A stretch of 35,628 bases of DNA. It comes from a virus. Under the pieces are notes generated by a model that had not been told where the DNA came from, did no database searches, and worked only from the letters and a program-made list of their open reading frames with translations. The position numbers and the translations under genes were made by a program. Numbering within the stretch: the first letter of the stretch is position 1; every line of letters begins with the position of its first letter. Shown here piece after piece: positions 22,503 to 31,383 of the stretch. The stretch lies in the IMG/VR virus record IMGVR_UViG_3300009507_000051. One strand, given 5' to 3'.

Positions 22503-22979
22503 ATGACAAATAAAAAATCAACCGCAACAGACAAACCGAAGGTTACTAAAAGAGTAACAAAGGGCAGGCCAAAAGCTACTAAGAAGATAGCAAGAGGAAA
22601 GCCAGAACACAAACCAACCAAAGCAAAGCGCGACACGGTAGCTATGCACGCTATGGTAGGCACGCCGCAAGAAGATATAGCCAGAGTATTAGGCATCGAC
22701 CCCAAGACGCTCAGAAAGCATTACAGGGACGATCTAGACCTAGCAACAGCTTCAGCCAATGCCGACATTGGTGGAGCGTTATATAGGCAAGCAATTGATG
22801 GCAATGTATCAGCACAAATATTTTGGCTCAAGACTCGCGCAGGCTTTAGAGAGAAGAGTGAAGTAGATTTGACAAGCTCAGACGGTTCAATGACGCCTAC
22901 AGGCTTCGACATTAACTTTATAGAGGCCAAAGCGCCCGATGTGGAAGATGATGACGATAACGGCAAGCACGACTACTAA
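22503..22979 (+). CDS. terS: Terminase small subunit
   Basis: 158 aa. Basic N-terminus, HTH-like segment TPQEDIARVLGIDPKTLRKHY, the motif AQIFWLKTRAGFREK, and an acidic tail. It lies directly upstream of terL. Confidence 0.7.
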   Translation: MTNKKSTATDKPKVTKRVTKGRPKATKKIARGKPEHKPTKAKRDTVAMHAMVGTPQEDIARVLGIDPKTLRKHYRDDLDLATASANADIGGALYRQAIDGNVSAQIFWLKTRAGFREKSEVDLTSSDGSMTPTGFDINFIEAKAPDVEDDDDNGKHDY

Positions 22980-22991
22980 CAGGGATTAATC

Positions 22992-24224
22992 ATGCCACGA
23001 AAGCAACTACAGATACCAGAATGGGGACGACCTTACTTCTCCCCTAAAAGGTACAAAGGCCTAAAGGGCGGAAGGGGATCGGGCAAGTCCCACTTCTTCG
23101 CCGAACTCGGTATCATACTGATGGTAAAACATCCAGAGCTTAAAATAGTTTCAGTTCGTGAGCACGCAGTATCTACCGCCGACTCAACCAAAACGCTATT
23201 CGTCGATAAGATTGACGAGCTTGGTGTATCTTCTATGTTTAGGATTACCGACAAAGGTATATTCAGAATAGGCGGAGTAGGTAAGATTATATTCAGAGGC
23301 CTGAAAGACCATACGGCTGGCGCTATCAAATCACTAGAAGGTTTTGATATAGCATGGGTGGAAGAGGCTCAGCAATTGAGCGAGCGAAGCTTAGAGGTAT
23401 TGGAGCCAACGATCCGATCATCCTCCATCTTCCCCAACGCCGAAATTTGGTTTAGCTGGAACCCTTACGTTGAGAGCGACGCGGTTGATAAGTTTTTTGC
23501 GAATGGCGAGGGTGATGATGACTTTATGTTATCGCACGTTAACTTTGAAGATAATCCATTTTGTCCGGCTGCCCTTATCAAGTCAGCAATGAGAGCAAAG
23601 AAGTTTGACTTCGACAAGTATCTTAATATTTGGCTTGGCCACCATCTAACACGCACAGACGACCAAGTATTTGGCGGTAAATGGAGAGTGGATACATTAG
23701 AACCAAATAGAAGAACATGGGACGGCCCTTATCATGGCTTAGACTTTGGCTTCTCAAAAGACCCTATGGCCGCCGTAAAAGTATGGGTAACAAATAACAA
23801 TAAATTATACGTAGAAAAAGAGGCTGGCGGGGTTGGAGTTGAGTTAGATGCTACCGCTAAACACGTAAAGAAAAAGATACCGGAGTTTAACGACCAGTCA
23901 ATACGCGCCGACTCTTCAGCGCCGCAATCAATAAGTTACTTGAAAAGACATGGCTTATCGCGTATAATAGGCGTAGACAAATGGAAAGGCTCGATCGTTG
24001 ATGGTATTAATTTCATGAAGGCGTTCGATGAGATAGTTGTACACCCTGACTGCACAGAAGTACAAGGCGAAATGGCTAACTACAGGTATAAAAGCAATAA
24101 GGGGGGCGATCCGCTTACTGATATAATTGACGCGGATAACCATTACATTGATGCAATAAGATACGCCTTATGTCCGCTAATCAAAACAGACGGAAAATTC
24201 ACAGATTATGGTTCTTTACTTTAA
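22992..24224 (+). CDS. terL: Terminase large subunit (PBSX / XtmB-like)
   Basis: 410 aa. Walker A: LKGGRGSGKSHF. Walker B-like: FDIAWVEEAQ. C-terminal nuclease-type acidic motifs: LDFGFSKDP and DADNHYIDAIRYAL. Confidence 0.85.
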   Translation: MPRKQLQIPEWGRPYFSPKRYKGLKGGRGSGKSHFFAELGIILMVKHPELKIVSVREHAVSTADSTKTLFVDKIDELGVSSMFRITDKGIFRIGGVGKIIFRGLKDHTAGAIKSLEGFDIAWVEEAQQLSERSLEVLEPTIRSSSIFPNAEIWFSWNPYVESDAVDKFFANGEGDDDFMLSHVNFEDNPFCPAALIKSAMRAKKFDFDKYLNIWLGHHLTRTDDQVFGGKWRVDTLEPNRRTWDGPYHGLDFGFSKDPMAAVKVWVTNNNKLYVEKEAGGVGVELDATAKHVKKKIPEFNDQSIRADSSAPQSISYLKRHGLSRIIGVDKWKGSIVDGINFMKAFDEIVVHPDCTEVQGEMANYRYKSNKGGDPLTDIIDADNHYIDAIRYALCPLIKTDGKFTDYGSLL

Positions 24225-24235
24225 GGAAGTAAAAC

Positions 24236-25462
24236 ATGAAATTTATAGACGGCATTCAAAGCCTATTTAGTAACCTTACAAACAGACGCAACGCGCTAGC
24301 ATCTAACGCAGTTGCGCAACAACCACGCCTAGACGATTCAGCTGCTAGGGCTATTTATAAAACTGGCATAGGCTCAAAAATTGTTAGACTTAAGGCGGGA
24401 TACTCGCTAGACGATACAATACAGTTCGAGCGCACGCACGACATGGAAGAGTTCAACACCTACCTCGCCCCTACCTTTAAAGATGCAGCGAAATACATGG
24501 TAGGATTTGGGCGCGGTATTATCGTTATCATGCCAGAAGGAACGGACGACTTGTCTAAACCCATGCCACTAAAAGCCAAGCTTGATATCAAGACGACAAG
24601 ACTAAAAGCATTCAGCGGCGATATGGTTAGTGTAACGTCGTACGACACAAACTTACTTAGTAACAGATTCTTAAAGCCTAATGTTTATAGTGTTCGCGGT
24701 GAAAGTATCCACCACACACGCGTGTTAGATGTTACGTATGTTAAGCCGAGCGATCACGAATTACCTGAATACAAATACGGCGGCATGAGTGAGTTTGAAA
24801 TTATCCTGCCTCAACTTATCGCCGATAGCGTTGTTCAACGCGCTACGCCTTCTATTTTGGAAAAGAGTTCAACGCTATTCTATAAGATAAGCGGATTTAA
24901 AGAAACGATAGCGCAAGGCCGAGAGTCAGAGATATTGTCTTACTTTGGTACGCTTGAAGATGCTCGAAATATTTACGGAGCTGGCGTTATAGACAGCGAG
25001 GATGATGTGGAGGTTGTGCAACAAAACCTATCTAATCTTTCAGAAACTGATAACATTACGCTAAGGCGTTTAGCTATGGTTACTGGCATACCATTGGCTA
25101 TACTTATTGGCGAGAACGTAAAAGGCCTTAATAGTACTGGCGATAATGAGATGCGAGTATTCCAAGATACGATAGAGACGCTTCAGAGTGATTACTTACT
25201 AGAGCCTCTACAAAAGCTTTGTAGGCTTTTTGGTATTGATGGAGTACAATTTAAAGATAATCAAGGCGAAACACCTCTTAATCGCATAGAGTACGAATCA
25301 AAGGTTATTGATAACGCCGTTAAGCTTTATAGTATGCAGCAAGACCATGCTTTATACTTAGAAGAGAAGGGCGTTATACCTAAAGATGATTTTGCATCAA
25401 TGTTTGACGACATCGACCACGACAAAGAAACCGATAAAGGTGACGAAGATGGCGAAGTTTAA
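24236..25462 (+). CDS. Portal protein
   Basis: 408 aa, immediately after terL, RBS AAGGAAG, acidic C-terminus. The size and position are typical of portals. Confidence 0.7.
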   Translation: MKFIDGIQSLFSNLTNRRNALASNAVAQQPRLDDSAARAIYKTGIGSKIVRLKAGYSLDDTIQFERTHDMEEFNTYLAPTFKDAAKYMVGFGRGIIVIMPEGTDDLSKPMPLKAKLDIKTTRLKAFSGDMVSVTSYDTNLLSNRFLKPNVYSVRGESIHHTRVLDVTYVKPSDHELPEYKYGGMSEFEIILPQLIADSVVQRATPSILEKSSTLFYKISGFKETIAQGRESEILSYFGTLEDARNIYGAGVIDSEDDVEVVQQNLSNLSETDNITLRRLAMVTGIPLAILIGENVKGLNSTGDNEMRVFQDTIETLQSDYLLEPLQKLCRLFGIDGVQFKDNQGETPLNRIEYESKVIDNAVKLYSMQQDHALYLEEKGVIPKDDFASMFDDIDHDKETDKGDEDGEV

Positions 25463-26315
25463 TATAACCGCAGTTAGACCAATGGAAGTGAAGACGGCTC
25501 AGCCGTCTCGCTCACTAGAGAGAAAGATGCAGGGATTTTTGTCAGCAATGATTGAAGGCATGGCCAAGACTTTTGAAAACAATACTTTCAAGAAATTAAA
25601 CAAGGGTACGGTTGAGAAATTCGAAGATAATGCAAAGGGCGTGCCAGTTGTGGTGGATGGAGTAGAATTTAAAGATGCGCAGGTTGGTAATTATGCTAAG
25701 GTGTTTTTATCATTATCTAGAAAATCTCGCCGCATGATGCTAAAGCGCTTTTCTGATAAGCGTATACATAAAATTGTTACTGATATTTTACTAAAGGTTA
25801 AGAAGCAAAACGCTGAGCATTTCTATAGTAAGGTTGAAAACATTACTGGCATTAGTCAAAGCCGTCTATCAGCCGCAGAGGCATTAAAACCTCAAACTAA
25901 TGCATTGATATTGGAAACAGCTGAATGGGCTACCAAGTTACGTGACGATGCATTAAATCAGTTTACCGCTGATACTCTTCGAGGTATGGCGCAAGGCAAA
26001 GGTATCGATGAGATTATTGAAGAATTTGGCGTACTTACAAATAAAAGAGTGACACGCGCAAAGATGGTTGCTCGTACTCAAGTTAGTACATTTAATTCTT
26101 TGCTTAGTAAAACTCGTGCGCAAAATCTAGGTATTAAAAAAGCTATTTGGGTTACATCAAAAGATGAGCGCGTTCGTGTTAGTCATGCTAAAAGAGATGG
26201 AATGGAGTTTGATTTAAGTAAAGGTTTGCCAATTTCATCAGATGATCGTCCGTTACTTCCCGGGGTAGATTATAATTGTCGCTGTGATTATAAAATGATC
26301 ATACCTGAAGAATAA
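25449..26315 (+). CDS. Head morphogenesis protein (SPP1 gp7 / Mu F-like)
   Basis: The C-terminal motif VSHAKRDGMEFD...PGVDYNCRCDY is typical of the family. The start at ATG 25449 overlaps the portal end by 14 nt. The track start at 25386 is unlikely. Confidence 0.7.
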   Translation: MAKFNITAVRPMEVKTAQPSRSLERKMQGFLSAMIEGMAKTFENNTFKKLNKGTVEKFEDNAKGVPVVVDGVEFKDAQVGNYAKVFLSLSRKSRRMMLKRFSDKRIHKIVTDILLKVKKQNAEHFYSKVENITGISQSRLSAAEALKPQTNALILETAEWATKLRDDALNQFTADTLRGMAQGKGIDEIIEEFGVLTNKRVTRAKMVARTQVSTFNSLLSKTRAQNLGIKKAIWVTSKDERVRVSHAKRDGMEFDLSKGLPISSDDRPLLPGVDYNCRCDYKMIIPEE

Positions 26316-26339
26316 TGTGAAAAAGTTCACACTTTTAAA

Positions 26340-26512
26340 GTGCAACGTTTTGTGACACCCTATATATACAATATTTACAAAAACGTTGCACTTACTTAAT
26401 TCGCTCCGCTCACTTTCTTTTATTTTTTATTATAAGCTATCCATTAAATCAACATCGTTACTAAACCAATGGATAAAACACTAGACAAAATAAAACAAGC
26501 CCCGCGCAGCGG
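26340..26512 (+). repeat. Structured intergenic element, copy 4 (subfamily B)
   Basis: - Inverted repeat 26340-26353 / 26377-26391.
- Stem 26438-26445 / 26468-26475 with a 22-nt loop.
- GC hairpin 26502-26512.
- About 113 nt identical to copy 5. Confidence 0.9.
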
Positions 26513-26518
26513 ATACTC

Positions 26519-26577
26519 TTGCAAAATAACAGTCATAGTGTTAAACTGTTGACTATGGCAAAAAAAACATATATAAT
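26519..26577 (+). promoter_or_regulatory. Two tandem sigma70-type promoters (TTGCAA-17-TAAACT and TTGACT-17-TATAAT) for the head operon
   Basis: First promoter: -35 at 26519-26524 and -10 at 26542-26547. Second promoter: -35 at 26549-26554 and -10 at 26572-26577. Confidence 0.55.
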
Positions 26578-26601
26578 CATTATAATATTTTTGAGGAACT
26601 A

Positions 26602-27753
26602 ATGATGCACTTAAAGTTTAAAGACTTAGCAACCTATGACCCTAGCGCTAAAACGGCTATATCTGTCCGTGATGGCGTTTTAGAGTATTTGGGTGCTGAG
26701 ATTGGCATGACGCCAGCTGACAAAGTGTTCACCATCTACCGCAGCCCTGCGACCATTGCTAACGCAGCAATGAAAATGCAAGGCATCGCTGTAACAAATG
26801 AGCATATCGACTTAAGCAGCCCTGCCCCTAAAGACGGCGGAACTGTTACGCAATCAGAGATGATTGATATTGTCGAAAACGGCGTGGCAACTATTGCGAT
26901 CAAAAATAAAGTAAAACTATCTGACGAGCTAAAAGAAACCGCGCAAGAAAAACGCGAACTTTCGTTAGGTTATTTTGCTGACCTAGTCGAGCATGAAGTT
27001 TATGACTTCGAGCAAAAAGACATTGTACCGCACCATCTAGCAATTGTCCCAGCTGGGCGTTGTGGTGATATGTGTAGTTTTATTGATAGAAAACCAAATG
27101 TATCGGAGCAAGATATGAAATTTAAATTTATTGACGAAGACGGCAAAATTGATTTGCAAACGATTGTCGAGGTGATGACAAAATTACCTGAAGCAATTCG
27201 TAAAGTTCCTGTTGAGGAAGTTGCAAAAATCATGCCAATGTTACAAGAATTAATTGCAGCGTCTGAAGGTGTTATGCCTGAAGAAGACGGCGACAATGAA
27301 TCACCTGCTGAAGAAGCGGTTGAAGAAGTTGTTGAAGAAGAAGCGGCTGAAGAGCAACTTGACGAAGAAGCTGATAAAGAAGAAATTACTGACGAAGAAG
27401 CTGGCGAAGATTCTGACGAAGACAAGCAGGGCATGAAAGATGCAGCTATTGACTTCAAGGATACTCAAGAGTTTGCTGATGCAGTTAAAGCGGCGGTAGA
27501 TGCTGAGACGGGTAAGATTGTTTCTGTTATCGAGAAGGCTCGCGACTTCGTTGATGCTGGTTATGTGTTTGCTGATAAAGACGCTAACCAAATTATGCGT
27601 GATGCTATCGCTACGAAATCAAAAGAATCTTTTGCAGATGCTGAATTGCCAGTGGCGTTCAAGATGCTAAAGAAAAGCGTTGACAAATATATTACATTTG
27701 GCGACAAAAAAGTTGATACAGGCCTTGACAGCTTGTATGATAAAGAGCTATAA
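26602..27753 (+). CDS. Scaffolding / prohead-protease-like protein
   Basis: 383 aa, RBS GAGGAA. It has a long acidic low-complexity stretch (EEDGDNESPAEEAVEEVVEEEAAEEQLDEEADKEEITDEEAGEDSDED). It lies between the portal / Mu-F genes and the capsid gene. Confidence 0.55.
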   Translation: MMHLKFKDLATYDPSAKTAISVRDGVLEYLGAEIGMTPADKVFTIYRSPATIANAAMKMQGIAVTNEHIDLSSPAPKDGGTVTQSEMIDIVENGVATIAIKNKVKLSDELKETAQEKRELSLGYFADLVEHEVYDFEQKDIVPHHLAIVPAGRCGDMCSFIDRKPNVSEQDMKFKFIDEDGKIDLQTIVEVMTKLPEAIRKVPVEEVAKIMPMLQELIAASEGVMPEEDGDNESPAEEAVEEVVEEEAAEEQLDEEADKEEITDEEAGEDSDEDKQGMKDAAIDFKDTQEFADAVKAAVDAETGKIVSVIEKARDFVDAGYVFADKDANQIMRDAIATKSKESFADAELPVAFKMLKKSVDKYITFGDKKVDTGLDSLYDKEL

Positions 27754-27795
27754 TATTCAAAATAGCTTATAATCTTAAATAAAAGGTAAAATAAA

Positions 27796-28263
27796 ATGGC
27801 ATTTTCAAAAGGTTTAACAAGTGAGATTCCAGCAATTAGCGCTGGTGTTATTCAAAATCGTGAAGCTTCTGTAATCTTATCTGCTCAAGAGTTTGGCGAC
27901 TTGGAAGCTGGTTTGTTTGTGAAGTTCGAAGCGGGCAGCTTAGAAAAAGTTGACGGTTCAGCAGATCCAGAATTAGTTGGTGTTGCATTACGTGACTTAG
28001 GTGCATCTTTCCCAGCTGCTCTATCTCCTGATGTAGTTCAGTCTTATTCTGAGTACGCTTATAAAGGCTTAGTAACAGTTACTGTAAAAGCTGATGAAGC
28101 TCCAGCAGTACACGGCGACGTTTTCGTATCTAACGCGGGCGATGCTGACGATGGTAAAGCAACAGCAACGGGGACTGATTTAGCAACTTCTGCTAAATTC
28201 ATTCAAGAGAAGAAGCCTGTAACCGCTACACAAGATGGCGTATGGTTAGTATACGTAGGTTAA
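27796..28263 (+). CDS. Head structural protein (decoration or cement-like position)
   Basis: 155 aa, Ala/Val/Gly-rich, between the scaffold and the major capsid gene. Confidence 0.35.
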   Translation: MAFSKGLTSEIPAISAGVIQNREASVILSAQEFGDLEAGLFVKFEAGSLEKVDGSADPELVGVALRDLGASFPAALSPDVVQSYSEYAYKGLVTVTVKADEAPAVHGDVFVSNAGDADDGKATATGTDLATSAKFIQEKKPVTATQDGVWLVYVG

Positions 28264-28304
28264 TAGCCTGCGTTACTCAAATTAATTTTTAAAAGGTAAA
28301 AAAA

Positions 28305-29267
28305 ATGAAAATTGGAAATCTATTAAACATCGCGTCAATCAAAGCACTAACAGCATCTGCCACGGCATTCAATGACGCTGCTCCGGGCCTTACTTTAGGT
28401 GAAGACTTAATTGCTGTCAATCAAAAAGTACTTGAGAAAAAATACCCTGAGTTGGTTTTCTTAAACTCTGGTCTTCAAGCTGACAACACTGGTGGTTATG
28501 CTGAAGCGGTGCGTTCGTTGCGTCTTAATGAAGAAGGTGGTTACCAAATCGCTGGCTCTCAATCTGGTAACAAGGGTAAAATCTCTTTATCTAACGATTC
28601 TAGCTTACTAGAAGTTGTTGCTAAATCTGCTGAGTCTACTTGGACTACTACTGAAGTTCAACAAGCTGCATTATCAAACATCAACTTAGTTGAAAAGTTT
28701 GTAGCTGCTCACAACAAAGTTTATCAACGTGAAGTTGATGCGACAATCGCATTTGGTACTGGTAAAGCTGGTTCTGAAGGTCTATTAAACAACAGTGAGT
28801 TCGTTGCATCTGCTGCATCTGATGACGCTGCTACCTTAGCCGCTGCATCTGGCGAAGATCTTTATAATGAGATTTCAGTATTAATTACTGACCAACACTC
28901 AGACGTTGAAGATATCGAAGAGTATTCAGCTAACGTTGTTATCATGCCAACGCGTGTTAAAAACATCGCTGCTAAAACTATCTTAGATACTGCTGGCGGT
29001 TCAAAAACTGTACTTACTGCGCTTAAAGAAAACTTCCCAGAGGTTAAATTCTTAAGCTCTAATAAGTGTGACAGTGACGAACTAGCAGCAAGCGTTGTAG
29101 TTGCATTCTCTACAAGCGACGAAGCTATGGTTACACGTATTCCACAGCCAATCACTTTCGCTCCTGTATTCCAACACGGTTTCAAGTTCGAATCTGAATC
29201 TCAATACCGCATCGCTGGTCTTGATTTATACGAGCCGAAAGCTGGTCGAATCCTTACAGGTTTATAA
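28305..29267 (+). CDS. Major capsid protein
   Basis: 320 aa. The position follows the scaffold. It has an A-rich enhancer-like RBS and two strong terminators immediately downstream. Confidence 0.65.
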   Translation: MKIGNLLNIASIKALTASATAFNDAAPGLTLGEDLIAVNQKVLEKKYPELVFLNSGLQADNTGGYAEAVRSLRLNEEGGYQIAGSQSGNKGKISLSNDSSLLEVVAKSAESTWTTTEVQQAALSNINLVEKFVAAHNKVYQREVDATIAFGTGKAGSEGLLNNSEFVASAASDDAATLAAASGEDLYNEISVLITDQHSDVEDIEEYSANVVIMPTRVKNIAAKTILDTAGGSKTVLTALKENFPEVKFLSSNKCDSDELAASVVVAFSTSDEAMVTRIPQPITFAPVFQHGFKFESESQYRIAGLDLYEPKAGRILTGL

Positions 29268-29276
29268 TAATTTTAG

Positions 29277-29312
29277 AAAGTCCTTGACAGGGCTTTCTTT
29301 ATTTACTATAAT
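29277..29312 (+). terminator. Terminator hairpin whose loop is the -35 of a consensus promoter (TTGACA-17-TATAAT)
   Basis: The stem AAAGTCC (29277-29283) / GGGCTTT (29290-29296) has the loop TTGACA (29284-29289). The -10 TATAAT is at 29307-29312. Confidence 0.6.
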
Positions 29313-29347
29313 TTAGCTGTATTAATTCATAATATATACCTCACTTC

Positions 29348-29385
29348 AAAAGCCCCTTGACGGGGCTTTTTCTTTATGTTATAAA
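29348..29385 (+). terminator. Second terminator hairpin carrying a -35 in its loop (TTGACG-17-TATAAA with an upstream TG)
   Basis: AAAAGCCCC-TTGAC-GGGGCTTTT with a T-run. -35 at 29357-29362, TG at 29377-29378, and -10 at 29380-29385. Confidence 0.6.
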
Positions 29386-29419
29386 TAGTAATAGTTATAA
29401 ACAAACAAAGGTAATCAAA

Positions 29420-29701
29420 ATGTCTGAAAAAATTCAAGAAATCGAAGATAAAGAAGTTGAAGCTAAAGTTGATTTGTCAAAATCTGAAGAATCTACCCCA
29501 GCTCCAAAGAAAAAGAGAGCAACAAAACCAAAAACAATCACCGTTAAGAATATGCGAAACGGAAAACTTGTTGTATGCAATGACGTACTAGAGCCGGGCG
29601 AAGAAAAAGAAATTGACGCCAAGTACCTTAAAGATGCTAGACAAAGCAAGGTTATTCAACGCGCATTGAAAATAGGTATCTTAAAGAAAACTAAGGGCTA
29701 A
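29420..29701 (+). CDS. Hypothetical Lys-rich protein (93 aa)
   Basis: ATG 29420 with RBS AAAGG. The track start at 29357 lies inside the terminator and promoter. Confidence 0.5.
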   Translation: MSEKIQEIEDKEVEAKVDLSKSEESTPAPKKKRATKPKTITVKNMRNGKLVVCNDVLEPGEEKEIDAKYLKDARQSKVIQRALKIGILKKTKG

Positions 29702-29704
29702 CCA

Positions 29705-30058
29705 ATGGCTATTATAGATGACTTTAAAACAAGATTCCCTGAGTTCGATCCTGTAGTGGTGGATGCTAAGTTACCAAGCTTAGAGGGTGTTTATCATTGC
29801 TATTATGGATTACCATACAAAGCAGGTACGTGCTCGCAAGAGATTATACTTAATCTTTTGGCCCACTTAATGGTAAGAGAAACAAGCGAATCCGCTGCGC
29901 CTACAAAAGATATATCATCTAAAAGCGCTGACGGCCTATCTGTTACTTTCTCGCAACCACAAGGGCAATCAGAGACGAGCCTTTTCTTTTCTACTACTAA
30001 GTATGGCCAAAACTACTTAATGCTTACTAAGAGTCGTATAGGTGGCTTCTTCGTATGA
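29705..30058 (+). CDS. Head-tail connector / head completion protein
   Basis: 117 aa. FPEF near the N-terminus and LLAHLM in the centre resemble the DUF4054-type connector family (from memory). It follows the capsid gene. Confidence 0.5.
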   Translation: MAIIDDFKTRFPEFDPVVVDAKLPSLEGVYHCYYGLPYKAGTCSQEIILNLLAHLMVRETSESAAPTKDISSKSADGLSVTFSQPQGQSETSLFFSTTKYGQNYLMLTKSRIGGFFV

Positions 30059-30531
30059 ACCTGTCACCAAATGAGATGCTTAGGCATTTAGATCAATTAG
30101 AGGATAGTTTAGATAAGCTCAACAAGAGAGATGTTGCGGTAGGTGTTACGCAAGATACAGCAACGTCAAAAATATATGAGAGTGGCATAAACGTTCTTGA
30201 GAATGCCACTTTTCATGAGTTCGGAACTAGCACTATCCCTAAGCGCTCATTCTTAAGAGTTCCGTTTTTAGAGAAGGCCAAAGACATTAATGGATTCATA
30301 GAAAAACAATACAAAAGGATCTTGGAGGAAGGCGCTAGCGTCGACGACTCTTTAGGCCTAATTGGCGTATTTGCTCAAAACATATCAAAAGAAGCTTTTA
30401 CAACCAAAGGTTACGGCAAGTGGCCAGACATTAAGCAATCAACTAAAAACGCAAAAGGATCTTCCGCACCTCTAATAGATACGGGATCACTTAGGCGAGC
30501 AGTTACATACGAGGTTAGAGATAAAGAATGA
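30055..30531 (+). CDS. Neck / tail-joining protein (HK97 gp10-like)
   Basis: 158 aa. FHEFGTSTIPKRSFLRVPF resembles the EFGT...PF motif of gp10-like proteins. ATGA overlap with the upstream gene. Confidence 0.5.
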   Translation: MNLSPNEMLRHLDQLEDSLDKLNKRDVAVGVTQDTATSKIYESGINVLENATFHEFGTSTIPKRSFLRVPFLEKAKDINGFIEKQYKRILEEGASVDDSLGLIGVFAQNISKEAFTTKGYGKWPDIKQSTKNAKGSSAPLIDTGSLRRAVTYEVRDKE

Positions 30532-30881
30532 ATATAAATATTTTTGATGGTCACTTTAATGACTTCGAATGCTTTAAGCAACCGCTAACAATCTACAAAG
30601 TATCAACCACAACTGTTGACTTTGTAAAAACGAGCGTGGCGACGTCTGACGTCCATAAATGCATCATAACTAGCCAAAACCCAGCTACATTAAATAAAGG
30701 CACTGTTGATTACTCTAAGGAGTATTACAAGGTACGCTCACCTGTATTTATTGATAACAATGACTTTATTGAATACAAAGGAAAAAACTACAAGGTTTTT
30801 CAGTACTCTGACTTTAAAGATTACGGCTTTTATAATTGCGTTATTGAAGAGTACAAGCAACCAATCCCGGGAGTGGCATAA
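30528..30881 (+). CDS. Hypothetical head-tail joining protein (117 aa)
   Basis: Translationally coupled by overlapping start and stop on both sides. Confidence 0.5.
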   Translation: MNINIFDGHFNDFECFKQPLTIYKVSTTTVDFVKTSVATSDVHKCIITSQNPATLNKGTVDYSKEYYKVRSPVFIDNNDFIEYKGKNYKVFQYSDFKDYGFYNCVIEEYKQPIPGVA

Positions 30882-31366
30882 TGAACAAAGTATTAATAAG
30901 CGTTGCAAAGTACATAAGAGATTTATTATCTCATGATGAGCAACTAATAAAAATTGGTAGGTCAGACGAAGAGCTAGAAAACTCAACAGACAACTATATA
31001 GCGGTAGATGCTTTAGGGCCTGCACAAAGACTTACACAAGGAAAGAAATTTGACGGAGATGCTGAAGTAATGATGCATAGCGTTAAATACAGACAGGAGA
31101 TTACCTTGTCTTTTTATGGGGTGGATGCTTATGATTTAGCTAATGACTTTATATTGATGCAGTCAGATCAGTTATCTTATGACTTACAAAACCAACTTCA
31201 AATAACCGTATTGAAAGCAGACTCGATAATAGATGTAAAATTATTATCTTCAGATACCTACGTTAATAGGCTTGATGTTTCCTTTAGTTTGTTATATAAT
31301 AAGCAAAAGGAAATAAGTACGAGGCGCATTGACGAGCTTCAATACACTTTAATCGAAAACAAATAA
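30881..31366 (+). CDS. Hypothetical tail completion / sheath terminator-position protein (161 aa)
   Basis: Overlapping TAATG start. It lies directly upstream of the sheath gene. Confidence 0.45.
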   Translation: MNKVLISVAKYIRDLLSHDEQLIKIGRSDEELENSTDNYIAVDALGPAQRLTQGKKFDGDAEVMMHSVKYRQEITLSFYGVDAYDLANDFILMQSDQLSYDLQNQLQITVLKADSIIDVKLLSSDTYVNRLDVSFSLLYNKQKEISTRRIDELQYTLIENK

Positions 31367-31383
31367 TACTCGGAGTATTTAAA

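Noticed and set aside
26501-26512. The GC hairpin CCCCGCGCAGCGG in copies 4 and 5 resembles the stem of type I-E CRISPR repeats (CCCCGCGCCAGCGGGG), suggesting a repeat-mimic RNA anti-CRISPR
   Set aside because: The stem is shorter than in a real repeat, and the flanks do not match. The equivalent hairpin in copies 1 and 2 has an unrelated sequence, so only pairing is conserved. Without the host CRISPR repeat this cannot be tested, and it is most likely a generic GC hairpin.
27000-27591. Antisense and alternative-frame ORFs (152 aa, 96 aa and 60 aa) inside the scaffold gene
   Set aside because: They mirror the acidic low-complexity GAA/GAG run, giving Ser/Phe-rich or Lys-rich translations. 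They have no RBS and lie within a strongly supported gene. The same reasoning applies to the other minus-strand track ORFs inside + strand genes, for example 1962-2306, 2862-3131, 4558-4785, 6721-6984, 16271-16546, 17659-18063, 21064-21327, 22721-22966, 23033-23329, 28862-29185 and 31284-31562.
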